Shown here: piece after piece, positions 1 through 8,960 of the stretch | Layout of the letters: the number at the start of each line of letters is the position of its first letter | Numbering within the stretch: position 1 is the first letter of the stretch | Assembly: GCA_047611725.1 (NCBI GenBank) | Contig: JBLFWR010000003.1 | Span: 18,779 to 82,778, forward strand | Length of the DNA: 64,000 nt | Direction: 5' to 3' | Source of the DNA: Candidatus Binatia bacterium | GTDB taxonomy: Bacteria > Desulfobacterota > Binatia > UBA1149 > CAITLU01 | Translations under genes and position numbers: made by a program | The notes under the pieces: model-generated | Told to the model about the DNA's origin: nothing | Seen by the model: only the letters and a program-made list of their open reading frames with translations | Database searches by the model: none

Positions 1-638
1 GCGCATGGAACGACCTTGGTCGAGCCCGCGCAGTTCTCGAAGCCGTGGTCTCGTTCGAGGCCGAAATCTCAGTGGTCGCAACCCGTGGCCTGAATGGATC
101 GGTCTCCCTCTACGATCCGTTCCTGAACCACCACGCCAACCATATTCTCGACGTCACCATCTCGCCCGCCCCCATTTCGGAAGCCACGGGTATCCAGGCA
201 GCGGCCATCGCGCGTAGCGTCCTGGAGGGATACGAGGTCGTAGGCGTTGTCTGCGTAGAGATGTTTTTGCTCCCAGGTGGCGGATTGGTCGTCAACGAAA
301 TCGCCCCTCGCCCCCACAATTCCGGCCACATCACGATCGACGCGCACACGACCAGCCAATTTGAACAGCAGGTGCGGGCGATCTGTGGATTGCCTCTCGG
401 AGCCTCCACCCGGCGGGCACCAGCAGCAGCGATGGCGAATCTTCTTGGTGACTTATGGTCCAATGGTGAACCCAACTGGAGCGCAGCCCTGAGTGACCCC
501 GACCTGCGGTTACACCTGTACGGAAAAGACGGGGCACGCCCTGGACGAAAGATGGGACACCTGTCGATCGCCGCCGCCGATCCCGCGATTGCCGAAGAGC
601 GGATTCGTCGCGCGCGTCAGGCTCTGAGCCGGCCCTAA
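1..638 (+). CDS. purK: N5-carboxyaminoimidazole ribonucleotide synthase, C-terminal part (5' end lies outside the window)
   Basis: The open frame runs from the window edge. The ATP-grasp C-terminal motifs EAEISVVATRG, NEIAPRPHNSGH and GRKMGHL are typical of PurK. Confidence 0.85.
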   Translation, partial: AWNDLGRARAVLEAVVSFEAEISVVATRGLNGSVSLYDPFLNHHANHILDVTISPAPISEATGIQAAAIARSVLEGYEVVGVVCVEMFLLPGGGLVVNEIAPRPHNSGHITIDAHTTSQFEQQVRAICGLPLGASTRRAPAAAMANLLGDLWSNGEPNWSAALSDPDLRLHLYGKDGARPGRKMGHLSIAAADPAIAEERIRRARQALSRP

Positions 639-695
639 GAACCTGCCCGCCGACTTTCTGCGTTTTTCTGAATTGAGTCCCGCCCCAACGAAAAA

Positions 696-745
696 CGACC
701 GACTCTCACTCCCGTTGCTCCGGAGTGTGAGTCGGCCATTATCGT
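696..745 (-). terminator. Rho-independent terminator of outer-membrane paralogue 1
   Basis: GC-rich hairpin (ccgactctcactcc...ggagtgtgagtcgg) followed by a T-run on the minus strand, just 3' of CDS 792..1451. Confidence 0.6.
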
Positions 746-791
746 TTGAACGCAAGCCGCAGCGCTAACTACGACTTAAACGTGTTCGCTT

Positions 792-1451
792 CTAGAAGCG
801 GTACATCAGACCCAGGCTGAGTGCGATGGCGTTCAAGTCTTCGAGATCCCCAGTCGGGATCAAGTAGGTCGCATCGCCGGTCACAGCAATATTCTCGGTC
901 ACGTAGACATCGGTACCGAGGCCTACACGTCCGAGGAACTCTTCTGTGCTGCCGCTACCGGAAACGTCTACATCCGCCGACATTAGGCCGACACCCAGCA
1001 ACAGGTAGGGCTGAATACAGCCGGTCATTGCATACAACTTAGCGTTCGCGGTCAGTGCCCAAGCCTCATCAACCTCAGCAATGTCACTAGACTTCGAGAA
1101 GTCGTCAAACCATTCGTACTCGATCTCAGCAGCAACGTTGGGGTGAAAACGGTAGCCAACACGAGCATTGAAGCCACCAGTGTCGTCAGCTAATTCGCTG
1201 AACTCTCCGTCGAAATCTTCGAACGCGTAGCTGCCCGCGCCGATCAGGTAGAACCCGTTACGCGCGTAATCCGGACCAGAATCTGGCATCGGCACTGGAA
1301 CAACCGGCGGGGCCGGCATCGGTGCTGGCGGCGGCGCCGGCAACTCGGTCGGTGCTTCGGGCTCGCCGTAGGCACCAGCCGAAGCCACTGAAACTGTTCC
1401 GAACACTGCTACCATCGCGAGTAGCGCCACAAAATATTGCTTCTTCATCAT
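792..1451 (-). CDS. Outer-membrane beta-barrel protein (OmpA-like / OMP_b-brl family), paralogue 1
   Basis: Internal ATG start (MMKKQYF) with a GAGGAG ribosome-binding site. Signal peptide ending in ASA, Pro-rich linker, alternating amphipathic strands and a C-terminal ...MYRF motif with terminal Phe. Confidence 0.8.
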   Translation of the reverse strand: MMKKQYFVALLAMVAVFGTVSVASAGAYGEPEAPTELPAPPPAPMPAPPVVPVPMPDSGPDYARNGFYLIGAGSYAFEDFDGEFSELADDTGGFNARVGYRFHPNVAAEIEYEWFDDFSKSSDIAEVDEAWALTANAKLYAMTGCIQPYLLLGVGLMSADVDVSGSGSTEEFLGRVGLGTDVYVTENIAVTGDATYLIPTGDLEDLNAIALSLGLMYRF

Positions 1452-1499
1452 CAAGCTCCTCAAGGACTCGGTCGAGTCCGGTCCGATTTGGCGGTGGAA

Positions 1500-1600
1500 A
1501 ACCCCGAATCGGAAACTGCGACGCGGCCTACCCCAATGGTGGGCCTCTCCGTTTGCCTCGCAACAAAGGATTCTAACGCTTCGGGGGGTTCGGACAAAGC
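1500..1600 (-). promoter_or_regulatory. Conserved leader/promoter region of outer-membrane paralogue 1 (about 90% identical to 2490..2590)
   Basis: Near-identical block gcgacgcggNctaccccaatggt...cctctccgtttgcctcgcaac...ggattctaacgcttcggggggtt.cggacaaagc upstream of both paralogues. On the minus strand it contains a candidate -35 TTTGTC / -10 TAGAAT pair. Confidence 0.45.
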
Positions 1601-1630
1601 GGGGGAGCACTTTATAGAACGAAAAACGGC

Positions 1631-1680
1631 CGACTCACGCTCCCGGTTGCTCCGGAGCATGAGTCGGCCGTTCTCAATTT
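1631..1680 (-). terminator. Rho-independent terminator of outer-membrane paralogue 2
   Basis: Hairpin cggccgactcacgctcc...ggagcatgagtcggccg plus a T-run on the minus strand. It is homologous to the 696..745 terminator. Confidence 0.6.
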
Positions 1681-1746
1681 CAGTACTGTCAGCAGGCTAG
1701 CTGCCAACAGAACGTGGAGCCTCCGAGAAGGCCCCGCCGCCGCAGA

Positions 1747-2424
1747 CTAGAACCGGTACATAAGACCGAGGCTGAAGGCGATGGCGTTGAAGTTCTCGAT
1801 ATCTCCGGTCGGGAGCAGGTACGTGGCATCACCGGTAACCGCGATATTCTCGGTCACGTAGACGTCAGTGCCCAAACCGAGACGGGCAAGCAATTTCTCC
1901 GTGTCGCGGCCGCCGGCCGCGACCACATTGTCAGCCCCGCCGATTGGATCCTCGTTGACCGAAAGCATGCCCGCACCAATTAGAAGGTACGGCTGGACAC
2001 AGCCGGTCATTGCAAAGATTTTTGCGTTGGCCGTCAGCGCCCAAGCTTCGATATCCGGGTCGTCTGATTTCGAAAAGTCATCGAACGACTCGAACTGAAC
2101 TTCAACGGCAACTCGGTCGTTGACGCGCTTACCCGCACGGACATTGAAACCAAAAGTGTCGTCGCCAACATCTTTGAAATCTCCGCTGAACTGTTCCAAC
2201 GCGTAGCTACCCGCACCAATGAGGTAGCGACCTGGTCGTGAGTAGTTGGCAGCAGGCGCAGCTACGACCGGAGGCGTCGGAACTACCGGCGGCGCTGGTG
2301 GTGGGGCGGCCGGCAACTCGGTGGGTTGATCGGCGTCGCCATACGCGCCTGCCGAAGCGAGCGAAACACTTCCAAAAATCGCCACTATCGCGACAAGCGC
2401 CACAAAATATTGCTTCTTCATCAT
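1747..2424 (-). CDS. Outer-membrane beta-barrel protein, paralogue 2 (tandem duplicate)
   Basis: Same signal peptide (MMKKQYFVALVAIVAIFGSVSLASA) and the same C-terminal ...LGLMYRF as paralogue 1. Start placed at the internal ATG. Confidence 0.8.
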   Translation of the reverse strand: MMKKQYFVALVAIVAIFGSVSLASAGAYGDADQPTELPAAPPPAPPVVPTPPVVAAPAANYSRPGRYLIGAGSYALEQFSGDFKDVGDDTFGFNVRAGKRVNDRVAVEVQFESFDDFSKSDDPDIEAWALTANAKIFAMTGCVQPYLLIGAGMLSVNEDPIGGADNVVAAGGRDTEKLLARLGLGTDVYVTENIAVTGDATYLLPTGDIENFNAIAFSLGLMYRF

Positions 2425-2489
2425 CAAGCCTCTCCTGTTCGGACTCCCTTGGAGTCCATTCCGAATGATCGGTGGAAGCCGCCGATGCT

Positions 2490-2590
2490 CGGGATATGCG
2501 ACGCGGTCTACCCCAATGGTCGACCTCTCCGTTTGCCTCGCAACCGTGGATTCTAACGCTTCGGGGGGTTGCGGACAAAGCCGAACCCGC
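2490..2590 (-). promoter_or_regulatory. Conserved leader/promoter region of outer-membrane paralogue 2
   Basis: See 1500..1600. Confidence 0.45.
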
Positions 2591-2617
2591 ATTTGGCGGT
2601 GGAAGCGAGATTTCCCT

Positions 2618-3499
2618 TCATAAACCGACAGCAGACAGGTCCAGCCGACCGCCTTGTGTGGGAGGGCACCACAGTGCGGCCGAGGTCAATGGTCTCGTGA
2701 AACGAAACAGTCCGTCGACGACTCCGTCATCAGCACCAACCATCTTGGCCAGCAAAGCTTCGAACGCGTCCAGGCTGTGGCCAAAGGCAACAAACACCAA
2801 CCCGTGAGCCTCGCCATCCACCCACGGCATAGAGCGCCGCAGAACAAAGGCCGGCGGGTCAAACGTCTCCTGCGCCGTTCGTTTGACGTGGGCAGACGCG
2901 GGCGCATCAGACAGCTCCTCATTGTCGGCCAGGGCCCGGCCGATGATGAGGTCGCCAGCTTTCTCTCCCAGACCCCGAAAACGGTCCAGATCGTGGTGCC
3001 ATACTTGAACAGCGACGAAGCTGGCGCCGTCCAGCCCCTCTCCCCGACCGCTCACGAAGGCAGCCGCTAGCGCGTCCTTGCCCGTCGGATTCTCGGTGCC
3101 GTCCTCATAGCCGCTCAAATCGCGTCCCCCGCTGTATTCGAACGAGTCCACGGTAGCGGTAACCCGAAAAGCTGGCGCCAGCACGCGCGTGAAAGTTCGT
3201 CCGCGGTGAAACAACTCGCCGCGGTCGGTACCGCGCAGCCAAAGCCAAAGCGCTGTCGGCGTTGTGGGCACGACGGCTCCTGCGCCCGCGTGCGCTGGGA
3301 GTTCGTGAAGGCCAGCAATCTCGCAACCGAGCCGAGCCACGGTGGAAGCCCCCAAACCTACGACTGTCGCCGCCCCATCCACCAGCGTAGCCAAGCTGCG
3401 CAGCACGGGCCCCGGATCAGCATCCGCCAGCAAGTCGAAAAACAAGTAACGTCCGTGCGACGGGATGCCGTCGAGAATCCCCATTTGTGGTTCGCTCAT
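2618..3499 (-). CDS. Dye-decolorizing (DyP-type) peroxidase
   Basis: Motif GYEDGTENP (the DyP GxxDG motif) and overall DyP-like composition. ATG start confirmed. Confidence 0.85.
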   Translation of the reverse strand: MSEPQMGILDGIPSHGRYLFFDLLADADPGPVLRSLATLVDGAATVVGLGASTVARLGCEIAGLHELPAHAGAGAVVPTTPTALWLWLRGTDRGELFHRGRTFTRVLAPAFRVTATVDSFEYSGGRDLSGYEDGTENPTGKDALAAAFVSGRGEGLDGASFVAVQVWHHDLDRFRGLGEKAGDLIIGRALADNEELSDAPASAHVKRTAQETFDPPAFVLRRSMPWVDGEAHGLVFVAFGHSLDAFEALLAKMVGADDGVVDGLFRFTRPLTSAALWCPPTQGGRLDLSAVGL

Positions 3500-3643
3500 A
3501 CCGCCCCCTAGCCGATCCCGCGGCGGCAGCCAACATCAACGCTGGGCGGTGTCGCTGTGCTTTGCCCGGTTGAACCTGCGCAACAACCGTTGATACATTG
3601 TACCGATCGTTCGAAAAGCTTTCAGATCGAACGCCAAACCGCC

Positions 3644-4207
3644 ATGCCAGCCCCGCTCATTTCACGCGAAGAAATCCTGAACCGTCTAACGGGGGCCTTC
3701 CGCGAGTTCGGCTACCACGGCGCCACCATTAATGAGCTTTCCGCAGCCACAGGGCTCGGAAAAGCCAGTCTCTATCACTCGTTTAAAGGCGGGAAACAGG
3801 AGATGGCCGAAGCCGTTCTCGACCACGTAGCAGTACGATTCGACGAAGCCGTGCTGGCACCACTTCGCAACCGTGGACCCGTACGCGAACGGCTCACACG
3901 CATGGTCTTGGCCCTCGGAGAGTTCTACCATGGCGGCGAAAGCTCCTGCGTTTACGAGCTCTTCAGCGTTGGTGCGACAGGGGGAGCATTCCAAGATCGG
4001 TTGATCCGCGCCTTCGCCGTCTTCAGCGAACATTTGGCCTCGGTGGCAATCGAGGCAGGCATTGACGACGACACCGCCAAACGCCGCGCTAACGAAGCGG
4101 TGATCGCGGTCCAAGGGGCGCTGGTAGTCGCCCGCGGAACCGGCGACGCGGACGTTTTCCAGCAGACGCTGGCCGCACTTCCCGGCCGCTTACTCGCTAC
4201 AGCCTGA
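3644..4207 (+). CDS. TetR/AcrR family transcriptional regulator
   Basis: N-terminal helix-turn-helix (TINELSAATGLGKASLYHSF). The ORF extends to 3557 but the internal ATG at 3644 was preferred. Confidence 0.75.
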   Translation: MPAPLISREEILNRLTGAFREFGYHGATINELSAATGLGKASLYHSFKGGKQEMAEAVLDHVAVRFDEAVLAPLRNRGPVRERLTRMVLALGEFYHGGESSCVYELFSVGATGGAFQDRLIRAFAVFSEHLASVAIEAGIDDDTAKRRANEAVIAVQGALVVARGTGDADVFQQTLAALPGRLLATA

Positions 4208-4310
4208 ATCCTTGTTGGCCGTATGGCTTGACTGGCCACCGCAGTATCTATACTATTCTTATTGTACCGAGCGTTCGGTACAATAAGTTTTTCACACAAG
4301 GAGTACGACA

Positions 4311-4751
4311 ATGCCCACATCGCAATCCGACACAGCCCAGGCCGATTCCGCCGCCCTCACCAACGGCGTTCACCACGTAGGTCTGACCGTGCCCAGTCTG
4401 GCGGACAGCCTTGCTTTCTTCACCCAGACGCTGGGCTTTCGCGTGGTTGGAGAGAAGCCCGATTATCCAGCCGCATTCGTTTCGGATGGGTCAGTCATGG
4501 TCACCCTGTGGCAAGCCGAGAACGCTGCCGAAGCAACACCGTTCGATCGACGCCGCAATGTGGGACTCCACCACCTGGCCCTGCGCGTAGACCCGAACCA
4601 GCTCGATGACCTGCACGCGCGACTGCTCAACGATGCCGGAGTTCAGGTCGAGTTCGCACCGGAACTGCTCGGCAACGGCCCCACTCGCCACATGATGTGC
4701 CGCATCCCCGGCGGAATTAGGCTCGAGTTGATCTCGCCGGTGTCGTCATGA
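4311..4751 (+). CDS. VOC / glyoxalase-bleomycin resistance family protein
   Basis: VHHVGLTVPSL...F..LGF; AAGGAG ribosome-binding site upstream of the ATG. Confidence 0.7.
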   Translation: MPTSQSDTAQADSAALTNGVHHVGLTVPSLADSLAFFTQTLGFRVVGEKPDYPAAFVSDGSVMVTLWQAENAAEATPFDRRRNVGLHHLALRVDPNQLDDLHARLLNDAGVQVEFAPELLGNGPTRHMMCRIPGGIRLELISPVSS

Positions 4752-5764
4752 GCGACACAGAAGATCTCCCGAAACGCCCTTCGCCCTTCCATCGCGGAGA
4801 GCGTGCCATTCAGGAACGACTCGGCTTGGCCACGAAGGCCGAAGACATAGGACGTCGCTTCATACGCGACGCGATGCCAGAAGAGCACGCCGAATTTTTC
4901 GAAGCCCTCGCTTGGGTGGTGCTGGCTTCGTTGGATCCGAGCGGGCATCCCGCGATCACACTTTTCGGCAAACATTCAGGATTCGCTTCAGCCCCTGATG
5001 CTCAAACTTTGAAGTTTAGCGGCTTGCCCGACCCCAGTGATCCCGTGCTTGCGGGCCTGACCGAAGGGCAACCAGTTGGCGTGCTGGGGATTCAGCTACA
5101 CGACCGACGACGCAACCGCGTGAACGGCCGCGTGACTGACGTGACTGATGTGACTGATGCGACTGATGCGACTGATGTTTCCCTAGATTCCCATGATACC
5201 GAAGGTGGCTTTAGCATCGATGTCGACCAAAGCTTCGGGAATTGTCCGGCGTACATTCAGAAGCGAAACGAAGAAAGTCTTGCGGACTCGGCACCGACCA
5301 TCGCGTTGGAGCCAGCCGATGACCTGACGGCGAGACGCCGATTCGTTGAACGCGCCGACACGTTTTTCATCGCTAGCCGATCTTCGGGTGACGAGCAAGA
5401 TCACCCCGCCGGCGTCGACGCCTCTCACCGTGGTGGAAGGCCGGGGTTCGTGCGTCAGGAAGAGAATGCGGCACTGATCTTCCCTGACTTCTCGGGGAAC
5501 AAGTTCTTCAACACCTTAGGGAACATCAACGAGGATCCGCGCGTTGCACTGGTGTTTCCGGACTTTGAAAACGGAGACCTGTTACACCTCAAAGGCCGCG
5601 CCGAAATCGTCTGGGCTGGCGCCGCCCTCGAAGCTTTTGCTGGCGCCGAGCGGTTGATTCGGGTCAGCATCGAAAGCGCTTACTGGCGTCGCAACGCCAT
5701 GCCGTTCCGCGCAGGCGACCCACAACCGTCGCCCGCGCTGAAACGTACGGGGACCTGGTCATGA
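4748..5764 (+). CDS. Pyridoxamine 5'-phosphate oxidase-like FMN-binding family protein
   Basis: PNPOx-like split-barrel signature. ATGA overlap with the upstream gene. Contains an in-frame (V/A)TD repeat. Confidence 0.6.
   Translation: MSDTEDLPKRPSPFHRGERAIQERLGLATKAEDIGRRFIRDAMPEEHAEFFEALAWVVLASLDPSGHPAITLFGKHSGFASAPDAQTLKFSGLPDPSDPVLAGLTEGQPVGVLGIQLHDRRRNRVNGRVTDVTDVTDATDATDVSLDSHDTEGGFSIDVDQSFGNCPAYIQKRNEESLADSAPTIALEPADDLTARRRFVERADTFFIASRSSGDEQDHPAGVDASHRGGRPGFVRQEENAALIFPDFSGNKFFNTLGNINEDPRVALVFPDFENGDLLHLKGRAEIVWAGAALEAFAGAERLIRVSIESAYWRRNAMPFRAGDPQPSPALKRTGTWS
5132..5176 (+). repeat. In-frame 9-mer tandem repeat (gtgactgat x5) encoding VTD/ATD repeats
   Basis: Seen directly in the sequence, inside CDS 4748..5764. 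Confidence 0.8.
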
Positions 5765-5783
5765 AACCAGGCTGTCGGTGCGG

Positions 5784-6401
5784 TCAGCCGTTCGCGTAGA
5801 AGCTTTGAATAGCAGGGTGCGACAACACATTGTCGCGATGCTCGATCAACAACGGTGCGATCCGGTCAGCTAAATCGACCGGAATGTGATCGAGCCCGCC
5901 AGACGTCAAATTGCGTATCCATACAGCTACCGCGAGGTCGCAAACCGTCAGCCGGGAGTCGGCAAAATACTCTCCGCCGGCCTCGATCAAACGGGTGTGA
6001 AGGCGCTCGAGGTAGAAGGGAAACGGGCCTTCGGCCAATGCGATTCGTCGCGCCTTGAGATTGTCGGGGCTGTCGCTGCCAAACGTCGCAACCAACTTGA
6101 CAAGCATTTCTTCGACGGCATCCATGATCTCGTCACAGCGTGCCGCTTCCCAGGCGTCTTCGGGATACAGGCCCGCCAGCTTTCCGACGAACCGATTGAT
6201 CGTGTTGGATTGAGTTAGTTCGTCATTGTCACGCGAAAGAACCGGAACTGCGTGGAAGAACATTTGTTCGCGAGTGTTGGGCCACTCTGAGACCGGGATA
6301 CGGTGATCTTCGAACGGGATGCCCCCAACAACGAAAGCAAGCCTGGCGGCCTCGCCGCGGCCGTTGATGAAATCGAAGTAAGACAGTTTGAGTTTCGACA
6401 T
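5784..6401 (-). CDS. Glutathione S-transferase family protein
   Basis: MSKLKLSYFDF.GRGE..RL thioredoxin-like N-terminal domain plus a GST C-terminal domain. Confidence 0.8.
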   Translation of the reverse strand: MSKLKLSYFDFINGRGEAARLAFVVGGIPFEDHRIPVSEWPNTREQMFFHAVPVLSRDNDELTQSNTINRFVGKLAGLYPEDAWEAARCDEIMDAVEEMLVKLVATFGSDSPDNLKARRIALAEGPFPFYLERLHTRLIEAGGEYFADSRLTVCDLAVAVWIRNLTSGGLDHIPVDLADRIAPLLIEHRDNVLSHPAIQSFYANG

Positions 6402-6454
6402 GCGCCAAAACTAGCGCTGGCAAACGCGCATCGCCAGCGCATCGCCTGCGCGAC

Positions 6455-6501
6455 GCCTGCCCGTCATCTGCCCGTCATCTGCCCGTCATCTGCCCGTCGA
6501 T
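6455..6501. repeat. 11-mer tandem repeat (gcccgtcatct x3-4) between the GST start and the J-domain gene stop
   Basis: Seen directly in the sequence. Confidence 0.8.
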
Positions 6502-6532
6502 GTACCTAACGAAAAGTCGACAAGCGCACGGC

Positions 6533-7030
6533 TCAGGACAATCCGTCAATGCCCGCAACTGTGATAGCAACTTGACCGTCGTCGGTGCGGTTGATCCAGC
6601 CTTTTGCTGTCATGTACCAGAGGTGGAACTGCAAATCGTCGATCGATATTCCCGTCGACTGTTCGAGTGAGTAGTCGCCGATTCCCTTGGGGCCATCACG
6701 ACGCCTGGAATCGTAGAGCAACCCCAGGATCTTCAATCGCAGTTTCCGATCAACCTCGAAACCTACCGAATCGTCTCGTTCCCCATCGCTATCTGTTTGA
6801 CGTTCTCGCGTCTGTTCGTAGTAGGAGTCGTAAGACGGCCGACGACCAGGATCGGTCAAAACCGAGTATGCCATCGTCAACAGCTTGTAGCGGTGCGGAT
6901 CCCCCGTTCTCGGGTTGTCCGGATGGTAGCGCGCCGACAGCAGTGGGAACACGGCTTCTACCGTTTCGGTACTCGCCTTTGGACTGAGTTCTAGAGCTTC
7001 GTAGTAGTCAACGAATGACGGGTCCGACAT
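6533..7030 (-). CDS. J-domain (DnaJ-domain) protein
   Basis: DYYEALELSPKAS...YHPDNP...YKLLTMAYSVLTDPGRRPSYD, a J domain with the HPD motif. ATG at 7030 (the ORF begins two codons earlier at a TTG). Confidence 0.75.
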   Translation of the reverse strand: MSDPSFVDYYEALELSPKASTETVEAVFPLLSARYHPDNPRTGDPHRYKLLTMAYSVLTDPGRRPSYDSYYEQTRERQTDSDGERDDSVGFEVDRKLRLKILGLLYDSRRRDGPKGIGDYSLEQSTGISIDDLQFHLWYMTAKGWINRTDDGQVAITVAGIDGLS

Positions 7031-7046
7031 GGACAATCTCCACTGT

Positions 7047-7107
7047 GTAGCCTGACGCTGTAGCCTGACGCTGTAGCCTGACGCTGTAGCCTGACGCTGT
7101 AGCCTGA
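7047..7107. repeat. 13-mer tandem repeat (gtagcctgacgct x4-5) in the divergent J-domain / GFA intergenic region
   Basis: Seen directly in the sequence. Confidence 0.85.
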
Positions 7108-7225
7108 AGGAGCAGTTGCCACGGTAATGGCGGATTTGCTCAGCGACGCTTGCGGTTGTCTACTCCCAGCTAGCGGAGTTGTCCAAGGCGGGGGACCGGT
7201 GCCCCCTCCTGATAAGGAGGCAGAA

Positions 7226-7636
7226 ATGATAGCGCGAGAAGGCGGCTGCCAATGCGGAACAGTTCGTTATCGAATCCACGGCGAGCCCTTAGTGGTGTCC
7301 GCGTGCCACTGCGACCAATGTCGGCGCCAATCGGGCAGCGCCTTCGGAATGACGATCATCTTTCAACGAGATGATGTGAGCATGCTGGGGGGAAGCCTAA
7401 AATCCTTCGAACGCTCGAGTGACAGTGCCAACAAAGTCACCTGCTACTTCTGCGGTGATTGCGGGACTCGAATCTACCATGCCCTGGAGAGATCTCCGGG
7501 CACGATCAACATCAAACCGGGAACACTCGATGACTCGAGCGACGTGACGCCGGCCCTGCACATCTGGGTTTCAAAGAAGCGCGGGTGGGTAACTTTGCCC
7601 GACGACGTTCCGCAATTCGAAGAGCAACCGTCTTAG
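7226..7636 (+). CDS. GFA family protein (glutathione-dependent formaldehyde-activating / CENP-V-like zinc domain)
   Basis: CQCGTVRY...CHCDQCRR Cys pattern of the GFA domain. AAGGAGG ribosome-binding site before the internal ATG; the ORF extends to 7127. Confidence 0.75.
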   Translation: MIAREGGCQCGTVRYRIHGEPLVVSACHCDQCRRQSGSAFGMTIIFQRDDVSMLGGSLKSFERSSDSANKVTCYFCGDCGTRIYHALERSPGTINIKPGTLDDSSDVTPALHIWVSKKRGWVTLPDDVPQFEEQPS

Positions 7637-7653
7637 CGCGAAGCGACGCGTAA

Positions 7654-8907
7654 TCAGCCCGGTGCAAGCGGCCAGGCTGGTCTTCGCACCATCCCCAACT
7701 CTTCATGAGCGGCTTCATACAGTTGCGCTGGTACCGCTTCCGGACCCGCCAGGGCAGCTAGCAAGCCAAACCCCTTTTCGGGGTGTGTTTCAAGAGACGA
7801 AAACAATTCGATGCGACGCGCACGGGCGGCGTCGCCGAACTCAGCCTCAACACTGGACTGCATTGCAGCCGCAACACGCAGGCCATGCATACGCGACCGC
7901 CGTTCGTCGGCGTAGGCAGTGAAGGCGCGTGCGCTCCAATCTGAGCCGTTCAACAATACGTCGCGCACCAAGCGAACGTCACGATGGGCGATTGAGAGAC
8001 CTTGCCCGATCAACGGATCGTTGTGACCAGCCGAATCGCCGACCAGAACCACACCATCAACAGCCACGTGTTCACTGATGGCATCCGAATTGGGGAAGCT
8101 TCGACAAGGGCCTGCTGCAACCGCGGTCGAAAACGCTGCGCTAGGTGGACAACACTTCATCTGGCAAGCGTCGATCAACGCCTGTGCCCCGTCGGGTCCC
8201 GCGAAACGAGCCTTGGCTGCCAAAGTGTGTGCCGCGTACAACCGCACGCGCCCGCCGCCTTGCGGAAACGCTAAGAACGAAGTTTCGCCTTCGGTCGCAA
8301 TCACCTGAAGATCAACCGGCCAATCAAACGCGCCATCTACGAGAAGTCCCGCAAAGAGATGATGAGGCTCATCGACGAATCGTTGGATACCGAGCATGCG
8401 ACGGACGCTTGAATCTCTACCATCTGCGGCGACAACCAGGCGTGCGGCGAGGGTTTGCTCACCGGTACTATCGACGAACGTCACGCTGGGGTCAGTCCCG
8501 GCCGTCACGGCGACCACCCGTACACCACGGCGAAAATCCACTCCGGCATCGACCGCGGTGGATTGGTAAACTGAACAAAGGCGAGGATGGCCCAGACACA
8601 ACGGCCCCGACACACCGGGGCTGAATATTTCTAGCGCCAACCCCGCAGCCTCGGCTTCGGCCGGAGCCAAGGTCTCATCGTAGGTAACATGACGCACCAA
8701 AGGGTGACCACCGGCGGCGACGATGTCGTCGTACAACCCCAGCTCCTTGGTCTCCGCGACTCCCCAAGGGGCCATCCATTCGCCACGCACCCGATCCTCG
8801 AAAACCTCGGAACGTTCAAGAACGGTGACATCCAGGCCGGCTCGCGCCGCAACCGTAGCCAGCGCTCCCCCGGCAGCGCCACCCCCTACAATGACAAGAT
8901 CTTTCAT
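7654..8907 (-). CDS. FAD-dependent oxidoreductase (geranylgeranyl-reductase-like / FAD monooxygenase family)
   Basis: N-terminal VIVGGGAAGGALA...LDVTVLER Rossmann dinucleotide-binding motif. Confidence 0.75.
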   Translation of the reverse strand: MKDLVIVGGGAAGGALATVAARAGLDVTVLERSEVFEDRVRGEWMAPWGVAETKELGLYDDIVAAGGHPLVRHVTYDETLAPAEAEAAGLALEIFSPGVSGPLCLGHPRLCSVYQSTAVDAGVDFRRGVRVVAVTAGTDPSVTFVDSTGEQTLAARLVVAADGRDSSVRRMLGIQRFVDEPHHLFAGLLVDGAFDWPVDLQVIATEGETSFLAFPQGGGRVRLYAAHTLAAKARFAGPDGAQALIDACQMKCCPPSAAFSTAVAAGPCRSFPNSDAISEHVAVDGVVLVGDSAGHNDPLIGQGLSIAHRDVRLVRDVLLNGSDWSARAFTAYADERRSRMHGLRVAAAMQSSVEAEFGDAARARRIELFSSLETHPEKGFGLLAALAGPEAVPAQLYEAAHEELGMVRRPAWPLAPG

Positions 8908-8960
8908 CGTTTGTTTCTAACCCGATGCCAGCGTTGTTCGAAGATCTAATTGAAATTCTT

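Noticed and set aside
2618-3499. DyP peroxidase as an encapsulin cargo (the C-terminus GGRLDLSAVGL vaguely resembles a cargo-loading peptide)
   Set aside because: There is no encapsulin shell gene adjacent; the neighbours are an outer-membrane protein gene and a TetR. The C-terminus does not fit the SLxIGSLK-type consensus well.
6455-7107. Tandem repeat arrays considered as a CRISPR array
   Set aside because: The repeats are head-to-tail with no spacers and are only 11-13 nt long. No cas genes are present.
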